Made by a program: the position numbers and the translations under genes
In this document: one piece after another, positions 57,178 to 64,000 of the stretch
Layout: each line of letters starts with the position of its first letter
How positions within the stretch are numbered: position 1 is the stretch's first letter
The notes under the pieces: model-generated
What the model was told of the DNA's origin: nothing
Database searches by the model: none
Seen by the model: the letters and a program-made list of their open reading frames with translations, nothing else
Assembly (NCBI GenBank): GCA_002069945.1
Contig: MWCH01000004.1
Coordinates: 4,959 to 68,958 of the forward strand
From: Microgenomates group bacterium ADurb.Bin219
GTDB lineage: Bacteria > Patescibacteriota > Microgenomatia > UM-FILTER-40-11
Direction of reading: 5' to 3'
Length of the DNA: 64,000 bases

Positions 57178-59043
57178 TCAAAAAACTACCCTCGGTTCCG
57201 ATCCGGCCACTTTGTAAAGATAAAGACAAAAGAAAATAACCATTATTGTTAAAATGATTCTGCGCATTTTTCCGGAAAGTTTAATTAAAATGGAATAAAT
57301 CAAAATACCCAAGAAAATATGAATTAGAGGATAAACAAATAGACTTTTCAAGCTGCTTTCCCAAATCCAATTAAAATCAAATTTCAACAAAGCGCCGGCA
57401 ATTAACGAGGAAAGGTCTTGATTTACCAGAGAAACAGATCCGGGCGCAATTTTAAGACCAAAAAACCTTAAAGGATCCCAAACAAACCCAAAATAATGGA
57501 TCCCCTGTAGTCTGGTATATCTCAATGCTCCAACAATAAAATCGGCTCCGTAAGTAAGCGGGAAAATTTGCATTAGCAATTTTAGATTTTTTACTTTATT
57601 AAAAAAAAGTTTTATCGCCAGGAAAAAAAAGCTGTAGGAAACAATAACCGCCAAAAACTGAATTAAAGAAAGATTTTTAAACATCGGGCCAAAATAAATA
57701 AACCTTCCAAACTTGGTATAACTTAAGAAAATATTTAAAAAGGAGGCAAAGATAAAAACGGAAACCGGAAAATAGTGCCAAACAAGCTTATATCTAACGT
57801 AAAACACCAACCCTAGAAAAAATGCAAATAATGCCGGTAGAGGAGAAAAAATATAACCTTCCGCTTCGGTAATAGGCAACCTCCGATTCAAAAAACTGCT
57901 TTTATCGGCGATAAAGTAATCCTTAAAAGCCAAATTTTGTTTATAAAAAGTTTTTTCTCCCAAGAAATCGTTTTCTCTGGCTTGGGGATTAAGAATCCAC
58001 TGGCTGTGGCTGTCTTTTAAAACCAGCTCTGAAGGATTTAGGGGATAAATATTTTTATAAATGTCGGCAAATTCCGCCATCGTTACGCTTTGTAAATTTT
58101 TTATTTTTGATAAAACCGACAATTGATTCGCAAATTCAGGGAACACCTTAACACTTTCTATACCCGTCTCCAAACCGACGGTTATTTGACCAATCGACAA
58201 TTGACAATCCAGGTAACGACTTACCAATTCTTTAAAATATGAGGTATTAAGCCTTCTTTCAAGATAATCGTTTGCCTGTAACGAATAGTTGGAAAAACTG
58301 GTCCCCTCTCCGTAAGCCTTGGAGAGATCTCTTTGCGCCCACTGAAGAACTACCGGTCCCAAAATATCTTCTTTGCTTTTGGCAGGAACCAAAACATTGG
58401 CGAGAGAAGGATAATACGGCACGCCCCACCACTGCCCCCAAACTCCATAGCTGTCGGTCGTCCGCTGGTCTGCCACTATCAACACGGTTGCCAAACCGTA
58501 TTTGTTTTTTATGTATTCCAAAGAATAAGAGTCTATCCACCAGGCGCCTACGGAAACCGGATATCTTCCGAATTTTTCCTTGAACCCGGAAAATACAGTA
58601 TCGATCAATTTCCTTCTCTCGCTTTGGGTATAGCCGGAAAGAAAAATTACACCTGGATCGCTCCAGGGAATTAATGGCGGATAAATCACCCGAGCGGCCG
58701 AAGCCAAATCGGGAGAGATTTCCAAGAAAAGACCAAGTTCCTGGTTGGGAGAGAAATTATTATTTATATAAGCAATAATTTCTTTATCTTCCAAGGCGTC
58801 ATATTGCAAAAGCCAAGTGGCAGAAAAGTTATATTTCCGGATTTCTCGATATTGGTTTTCCACCGGTTTTAAAGAATTGTCCAACCAATGATTTCTGCCC
58901 CTAACCGGATTTATAATCGTCAAGTAACGGTTGGGGCAATTAACATTTTCTTCCGATAAAACATTCTTTTTAACCAAAAAAAAGGAAAAAAAGATAATCA
59001 AAAACAAGAAGATTTTTTTAATTCTCATAATATAACCCGACAA
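57178..59043 (-). CDS. membrane protein: N-terminal extracytoplasmic domain of unknown function (~400 aa) plus C-terminal polytopic (~8 TM) domain; first gene of the minus-strand array
   Basis: 621 aa; signal/anchor (IFLFLIIFFSFFLV), then a hydrophilic Trp/Tyr-rich domain (…GAWWIDSYSLEYIKNKYGLATVLIVADQRTTDSYGVWGQWWGVPYYPS…), then a hydrophobic C-terminal third. Confidence 0.4.
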   Translation of the reverse strand: MSGYIMRIKKIFLFLIIFFSFFLVKKNVLSEENVNCPNRYLTIINPVRGRNHWLDNSLKPVENQYREIRKYNFSATWLLQYDALEDKEIIAYINNNFSPNQELGLFLEISPDLASAARVIYPPLIPWSDPGVIFLSGYTQSERRKLIDTVFSGFKEKFGRYPVSVGAWWIDSYSLEYIKNKYGLATVLIVADQRTTDSYGVWGQWWGVPYYPSLANVLVPAKSKEDILGPVVLQWAQRDLSKAYGEGTSFSNYSLQANDYLERRLNTSYFKELVSRYLDCQLSIGQITVGLETGIESVKVFPEFANQLSVLSKIKNLQSVTMAEFADIYKNIYPLNPSELVLKDSHSQWILNPQARENDFLGEKTFYKQNLAFKDYFIADKSSFLNRRLPITEAEGYIFSPLPALFAFFLGLVFYVRYKLVWHYFPVSVFIFASFLNIFLSYTKFGRFIYFGPMFKNLSLIQFLAVIVSYSFFFLAIKLFFNKVKNLKLLMQIFPLTYGADFIVGALRYTRLQGIHYFGFVWDPLRFFGLKIAPGSVSLVNQDLSSLIAGALLKFDFNWIWESSLKSLFVYPLIHIFLGILIYSILIKLSGKMRRIILTIMVIFFCLYLYKVAGSEPRVVF

Positions 59044-59178
59044 AGGCTACAATATTATTATAAAGTCTTTACGCGGCTATTATAAAGTATTCAACAATAG
59101 ATAAAAGAAGCGGTTGAAAAATAAAAAGCTATCTGTCAAAATAATCAATCAGTTCTTATAAAAATAGTTTTTAAAGAA
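59044..59178. promoter_or_regulatory. divergent promoter region (start of the 59-kb minus-strand array and of the plus-strand operon) containing a direct repeat TATTATAAAGT x2
   Basis: The only divergent intergenic gap in the window (135 bp, very AT-rich). TATTATAAAGT occurs at about 59056-59066 and about 59079-59089 (23-bp spacing); each copy contains a TATAAA(G)T -10-like hexamer. Confidence 0.3.
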
Positions 59179-59415
59179 ATGTTCAAAAAAGCTCTGAGTC
59201 TATCGGCTATTTTAACGATTGTATGTTTCCTGGCGCCTCTTCCCGTTTATGCTTATCTTGACCCCGGAAGCGGAAGCTATCTTATCCAAATTATTGTGGC
59301 CTCTCTGGCCGGTTTCGGTTATTTGGTAAGAGCAAATTGGAAACAAATTAAAACCCGATTCTTCAAAAAAGCCAAAAATGAGGCAGAAAGAGAAAAAAAT
59401 AAGAGCGCGTCTTGA
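59179..59415 (+). CDS. small two-TM membrane protein (hypothetical)
   Basis: 78-aa ORF starting just downstream of the divergent intergenic region; two hydrophobic helices and a Lys-rich tail. Could instead be a leader or mis-called start for the next gene. Confidence 0.25.
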   Translation: MFKKALSLSAILTIVCFLAPLPVYAYLDPGSGSYLIQIIVASLAGFGYLVRANWKQIKTRFFKKAKNEAEREKNKSAS

Positions 59416-60772
59416 AACATCTTCCTTTAGGGACCCGGGCGGATTTGTTTTTTACCTGGACGGACAACCTTACCGCCAAATCAACCAAAAAAGCAAACAA
59501 AATTTTGATCTCCTTACTAATTCAGGGCTTTATCAAGACCTTGCCGGAAAAGGTCTTATCGCTTCACACGCTGAAGTATCCAATAAATTTGCCGTTACCA
59601 AAGACGCTTACAAAATAATTAAACCTCAAATTATTCCTTTTATTTCCTATCCCTATGAATGGTCTTTCGACCAGCTAAAAGACGCAGCCTTAACCACACT
59701 TGAAATCCAAGAAATTGCCCTGTCTTACAATATGAGCCTGAAAGACGCCAGCGCTTATAATATTCAATTTATCGGCTACAGACCTATATTCATTGATACC
59801 CTGTCTTTTGAAAAATATCGGGAAGGACAAACCTGGACGGGTTATCGACAATTCTGCCAACATTTTTTAGCTCCGCTTGCGCTGATGTCCAAAAAAGATC
59901 CCCGAACAAATTTAATACTTCGCGATTTCATTGACGGAATTCCTCTGGATTTAACCAGCCAACTATTACCAAACGCAACCAAGTTCGATTTATCCCTGTT
60001 AACCCACCTTCACCTTCATTCTTTAAACCAAAAAAGAATGGCCGAGAAAAAAATTAACAAAAGTAAATATCGGATGACAAGATTTCAGATGCTTTCCCTA
60101 ATCGGTAATCTTAAGTCAACAATTGAAAAATTAAAAATGAATCATTTCAAAACCGAGTGGCAGGAATATTACAGTTTTACCAATTATTCGGACAAAGCCA
60201 CCGAGCAAAAAGAGCTACTCTTAAAAAACTTTCTTAACCAACCTAGACCAAAATTTGTGCTCGATCTCGGCGCCAATGACGGCAGGTTTTCCCAAATAGC
60301 CTGTCAAAATGGCGCATATACGATTGCTTGTGATATTGATCCTTTGGCAATTGAAAAATCGTATCTGGAAGCAAAGAGAAATAAAAATTCCCGACTGCTC
60401 CCGTTAATAATTGACTTGACAAACCCCTCTCCCTCTCTCGGTTGGGCCAGCGTTGAACGAAAATCTTTTAATCAAAGAGCAAAAGTTGACTGTGTTGTCG
60501 CACTTGCTTTGATCCACCACTTGGCGATATCAAACAATCTGCCTTTACCCATGATAGCCGAATACTTTGCCGGACTTGGCGACAATCTGATTATTGAATT
60601 TGTCCCCAAGGAAGATTCCAACGTTAAAATCCTTCTTCAAAACAGGGAGGATATTTTTACGGAATACTCAAAAGAAGGCTTTGAAAAAGCATTTCAATTG
60701 TTTTTTAATATTCTCGGGAGAGAAAATATAAACGAATCAAAAAGAATCCTATATTTAATGAAACGAAAATGA
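59378..60772 (+). CDS. protein with a C-terminal class I SAM-dependent methyltransferase domain and an N-terminal domain of unknown function
   Basis: C-terminal half carries motif I VLDLGANDGRFSQIA with acidic post-I residue (CDID) and motif II-like ALALIHHL; the N-terminal ~250 aa (SFRDPGGFVFYLDGQPYRQI...) are unassigned. Confidence 0.55.
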   Translation: MRQKEKKIRARLETSSFRDPGGFVFYLDGQPYRQINQKSKQNFDLLTNSGLYQDLAGKGLIASHAEVSNKFAVTKDAYKIIKPQIIPFISYPYEWSFDQLKDAALTTLEIQEIALSYNMSLKDASAYNIQFIGYRPIFIDTLSFEKYREGQTWTGYRQFCQHFLAPLALMSKKDPRTNLILRDFIDGIPLDLTSQLLPNATKFDLSLLTHLHLHSLNQKRMAEKKINKSKYRMTRFQMLSLIGNLKSTIEKLKMNHFKTEWQEYYSFTNYSDKATEQKELLLKNFLNQPRPKFVLDLGANDGRFSQIACQNGAYTIACDIDPLAIEKSYLEAKRNKNSRLLPLIIDLTNPSPSLGWASVERKSFNQRAKVDCVVALALIHHLAISNNLPLPMIAEYFAGLGDNLIIEFVPKEDSNVKILLQNREDIFTEYSKEGFEKAFQLFFNILGRENINESKRILYLMKRK

Positions 60773-62361
60773 TTGAGCCGAAGAAGAAAAATCCCAAAAA
60801 CACATTCTCCCTCTCTTTTATTTTTACCCCTATTTTAATGGTAATTTTTCCGATTCTATCCTTTTATCAAAAAAATATTTCCGAACTCTCGTTGAAATTT
60901 TTGGTGGAACCTCTTTTCTATTCAATAAGTTTGGGCATTACTATGACTTTCATTATTTTGGCCCTAACCAAAAATAAAAATAAATCGGCTCTTATTTCTT
61001 CCTTATTTATTTTTATTTTCTTTACCTATGGTCACATCAGTAATTCACTTAACAACATCGTTTTTATTCAATTGCCGAATAAAGTTGTTCTCGGACCGGA
61101 CAAAATACTGCTTCCGATTATTACCGTTCTCTTTATTCTAATTAATATCAAAATCCTAAAAACCGCCAGAAAATTGGAGCAGGTAATTATCTTTCTTAAC
61201 GTTTCTCTTTTTGTTTTAACGGGTGCGCTGGGAATAACAATTGCCAGAACCGAATATTATAAAAAATCCGCTTCGGAAATTAAATCAACTCTTCCTCAAA
61301 ATCAAATAATTAACAGACAATTGGAGTTACCGGATATTTATTACATTATTCTTGATGGTTATGCCAGACGGGATATTCTGAATGAAATTTATAATTATGA
61401 TAATTCTTGGTTTATTGATGGTTTAGAAAAAATGGGTTTTTATGTTGCAGGTTCAGCCAGAAGTAATTACATGCACACTTTTTTATCGCTGCCCTCGACT
61501 TTAAATATGAAATATTTAGATGAACTTCCGCAAAAATTTGGGGTTAATCCGGTAAACGAATTAGCTGCCCGACAACTAATTTCCGAAAACAAAGTAACTC
61601 AAATGCTAAAAAGCCAAAAATATACAATTATTAATTTTGCCTCCACTTGGGAAGAAACAAACGAAAGTTTTAAGGCCGATATTATTTACAAGGGAGATGA
61701 ATATTATAAGATACTCAACAAAAACATAACTATTAACGAAGCTAACATCATCTTTTTAAAAACCACTCTCCTGTCGCCATTGATAAATAAGGTATGGGGC
61801 GATATCTATCGCGAAAGAATTCAATTTACCCTCCAGAAACTTCCTACTATCCCCTATATGCAAGGAAATAAATTTGTCATGGCTCATATTATTGCTCCCC
61901 ATCCCCCTTATGTCTTCACTGTCAATGGAGATCCAATCCAAAAAACTGAATTTACTTTTTCGGATGAAGGTCCCGAGCAAAGAGACAAGTATCTGGGGCA
62001 GTTAATATTTATTTCACACCAAATCCTTAAGGTTTTAAAAGAGATTATTAAAAATTCAACTATTCCTCCAGTAATTATTCTTCAATCAGACCACGGTCCG
62101 GCTTCCATATTTGGAAGACCAGAAGATTGGTTAAAAAATTATTCGGAAGAAGGATTAAAGGAAAGAAGCGGAATTCTCTACGCTATTTATTTTCCGGACC
62201 GGAATTACCAACAACTATACAATTCAATAACGCCCGTTAATACTTTTAGGATAATCTTTAATAAATATTTCGGCGAAAACCTGGAGTTGCTTCCGGACAA
62301 AACTTTCTATACCAGCTACGAAAAGATTTATAAATTCAAAGACGTAACGAACATTAAATAA
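60769..62361 (+). CDS. LtaS/EptA-like membrane-anchored sulfatase-superfamily (alkaline-phosphatase fold) transferase
   Basis: Five N-terminal TM helices, then an extracytoplasmic domain with YYIILDGYARRD (metal-site D), MAHIIAPHPPYVF and ILQSDHGP (DHG), typical of phosphoglycerol/phosphoethanolamine transferases. Confidence 0.6.
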   Translation: MIEPKKKNPKNTFSLSFIFTPILMVIFPILSFYQKNISELSLKFLVEPLFYSISLGITMTFIILALTKNKNKSALISSLFIFIFFTYGHISNSLNNIVFIQLPNKVVLGPDKILLPIITVLFILINIKILKTARKLEQVIIFLNVSLFVLTGALGITIARTEYYKKSASEIKSTLPQNQIINRQLELPDIYYIILDGYARRDILNEIYNYDNSWFIDGLEKMGFYVAGSARSNYMHTFLSLPSTLNMKYLDELPQKFGVNPVNELAARQLISENKVTQMLKSQKYTIINFASTWEETNESFKADIIYKGDEYYKILNKNITINEANIIFLKTTLLSPLINKVWGDIYRERIQFTLQKLPTIPYMQGNKFVMAHIIAPHPPYVFTVNGDPIQKTEFTFSDEGPEQRDKYLGQLIFISHQILKVLKEIIKNSTIPPVIILQSDHGPASIFGRPEDWLKNYSEEGLKERSGILYAIYFPDRNYQQLYNSITPVNTFRIIFNKYFGENLELLPDKTFYTSYEKIYKFKDVTNIK

Positions 62362-62377
62362 ATTACTTAAATACTCC

Positions 62378-62410
62378 GCAAATTTTGAAATAAGTCAAAA
62401 TTTGCTTTTT
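62378..62410. terminator. rho-independent terminator between convergent genes
   Basis: Perfect 9-bp inverted repeat GCAAATTTT / AAAATTTGC with a 10-nt loop, followed on the plus strand by TTTTT, immediately after the plus-strand stop at 62361 and overlapping the last codons of the minus-strand GT2 gene. Confidence 0.55.
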
Positions 62411-63276
62411 AGTTTAAAGTAAATTTTTTTAAGTAAATTCTTGTTCCCAACCGATTGCCAGAAATAGAAATCGGAAATCGCCTTTCCCATGACCTTGCCC
62501 GCTTCGGCAACTTCTACTTGTTTAAATTCCTGCTTCTCCCAAACCTTGACCAACATTACAAATTCTTCAAAAGCCTGAAGAGCGGCTAAAATTAACCCGT
62601 GGATGCCGTCCAGATATCCTTTCCCGGCAAAATAACGGCCCAAGAACTCATTCGCCGGTTTTCCAATCAAATCGGTGAGATTAAAGTCATAACCATTCCT
62701 CACCAACTCGCTTGCCATTATCTCCGAATAGCGGTTATTTCTTTCCAGGTATTGGCCTATTGAAGAATAGTTGTGATGAATCAAGGCATTTTCTTCCTTC
62801 GCTTCAATATCTGTTCCTTTGCCGGTTGTTTCCGGGATTGAGTGAATTTTTTCGTCCCATTTAACTTTCCCTTTTTTGAAAAAACGGACTTGATAATCCG
62901 GCCACCAGCGTGAATGTTTAATCCATTTGCCAAAGATAATATTTTTCCGGGGAATAACTACATAATCGGCTCTGTCTTCGGCAACTATCTTTTTTAACTC
63001 TCTTGCTAAAGAATCGGGCAATTCCTCATCCGCATCAATAATTAAAATCCAATCTCCGGTCGCTTTTTTAAGGGCAAAGTTCCTCGCCGGTTCAACATAC
63101 CCAACATAATCGTGTTCAAATACTTTAGCACCAAATTTTTTGGCGATCTCTACCGTCTGATCAGTAGAATGCATATCCACCACAACTATTTTATCTGCTA
63201 GTTGTCTAGCTGATTTTAAGCAATGACTTATGTTCTGTTCTTCGTTGTAGGTATTGACTACCGCTGTAATCTTCAT
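62395..63276 (-). CDS. GT2 family glycosyltransferase (paralog of 27229-28041 and 55351-56190)
   Basis: ITAVVNTYNEEQNISHCLKSARQLADKIVVVDMHSTDQTVEIAKKFGAKV, DxD (IIDADEE). Confidence 0.7.
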   Translation of the reverse strand: MKITAVVNTYNEEQNISHCLKSARQLADKIVVVDMHSTDQTVEIAKKFGAKVFEHDYVGYVEPARNFALKKATGDWILIIDADEELPDSLARELKKIVAEDRADYVVIPRKNIIFGKWIKHSRWWPDYQVRFFKKGKVKWDEKIHSIPETTGKGTDIEAKEENALIHHNYSSIGQYLERNNRYSEIMASELVRNGYDFNLTDLIGKPANEFLGRYFAGKGYLDGIHGLILAALQAFEEFVMLVKVWEKQEFKQVEVAEAGKVMGKAISDFYFWQSVGNKNLLKKIYFKLKSKF

Positions 63277-63306
63277 TATGTCAATATTTTACTTCAAACT
63301 CTTTCT

Positions 63307-64000
63307 TCACTCAATCAATTTATAAATTTTAATTTCCAAGTTATCAAAAATTTTCTTAAAACCAATATCCCCCTCGCCAAATTCCATTTTCTGGCCTTTA
63401 ACTAAATAAATATAGCTGATATTGTTTATTTTAATAAATTCCCTACCCCAATTTTGATCTTTTGATAGAAAAAAGCGGGCAATTTCATCCTTTCTTTTTT
63501 CTAAAGGATATTGGGAGATTATCAAATTCATCTCATCGGCCAAAAAAGAAGATTTTTCGGTAATAGCGGAGATATAAGCTGTTGTTTCATAAGCAAAAAT
63601 AGGCTTGGGAATTGAATAAAAATCTTTCATTTTTTCATCAAAAGGATAACTAAGAACAATTCCTTCCGGTTGCTTTTTTAAAAAATTTAACGCTTCCAAT
63701 TCGGCGATACTTATTCTTGCCGGAGGCCTGGCCGGAAGATAATCATTTTTCAAAGAAATTATCGTTGTCGGAACGGTCAATATAACCAAAATTGCCGCCG
63801 ATAAAACTCTCAATTTTAATTTCTTGTTTTTATTTTCATCAATAAAACTACTGATAGCCACTCCTGCCAAAATTGAAAAAAGAAATTGAGTATAATAAAA
63901 AAATTGAATTGTATTCCATGGATTTCCTTTCTGAACAAAAAATAAAGTCCCTACCAAGCTGATTAAAATCATCAATACCATCATCAAATGCAATTTATCG
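63307..64000 (-). CDS. membrane protein (hypothetical); the reading frame may continue beyond the right edge of the window
   Basis: ORF-track ORF 63307-63993 (228 aa): three N-terminal TM helices, then a soluble domain. The Met is only 7 nt from the window end, so the true start may lie outside. Confidence 0.35.
   Translation of the reverse strand, partial: DKLHLMMVLMILISLVGTLFFVQKGNPWNTIQFFYYTQFLFSILAGVAISSFIDENKNKKLKLRVLSAAILVILTVPTTIISLKNDYLPARPPARISIAELEALNFLKKQPEGIVLSYPFDEKMKDFYSIPKPIFAYETTAYISAITEKSSFLADEMNLIISQYPLEKRKDEIARFFLSKDQNWGREFIKINNISYIYLVKGQKMEFGEGDIGFKKIFDNLEIKIYKLIE

Noticed and set aside
1-64000. CRISPR arrays, tRNA/rRNA genes, transposases/integrases, phage genes, toxin-antitoxin or known defence systems
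   Set aside because: I found no regularly spaced direct repeats with unique spacers, no GC-rich cloverleaf-sized segments in the few intergenic gaps, and no ORF with transposase, integrase, nuclease or NTPase signatures. The window is essentially all envelope-biosynthesis genes.

Overview
The window is AT-rich (about 30-35% GC) and densely coding. Genes overlap by 4 nt (ATGA-type) at many junctions, which is typical of a small streamlined genome such as a Candidate Phyla Radiation (CPR/Patescibacteria) bacterium; that taxon is an inference, not a measurement. Positions 1 to 59043 form one uninterrupted minus-strand gene array, in effect a supra-operon, that looks like a very large cell-envelope glycosylation island. 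It contains about 20 GT-C-fold integral-membrane glycosyltransferases, 10 GT2 and 3 GT4 glycosyltransferases, three class-I SAM methyltransferases, two B12-binding radical-SAM enzymes, a hexapeptide acetyltransferase, a polysaccharide pyruvyl transferase with its usual FrhB-like 4Fe-4S partner, and an embedded mtnP-apt salvage pair. The GT-C set includes a tandem run of eight ArnT/PMT-like paralogs, four DUF2029/GT87-like copies, two YfhO-like giants and a PIG-V-like enzyme. At 59044-59178 a divergent promoter region separates this array from a short plus-strand operon: a small membrane protein, a methyltransferase-domain protein, and an LtaS/sulfatase-like membrane transferase. That operon ends in a clear rho-independent terminator shared with a convergent minus-strand GT2 gene. 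No rRNA, tRNA, CRISPR or obvious mobile element was seen. The notable observations are: (i) the extreme expansion and ongoing birth-and-death of GT-C paralogs, shown by a truncated internal fragment and a doubly disrupted pseudogene; (ii) heptanucleotide repeat tracts inside a membrane-anchored GT2 gene; (iii) two radical-SAM genes sitting next to a 5'-deoxyadenosine/MTA phosphorylase plus adenine phosphoribosyltransferase pair; (iv) GC-rich or UUCG-type hairpins in a few of the very rare intergenic gaps. Motif coordinates that I derived by hand may be off by 1-2 nt.
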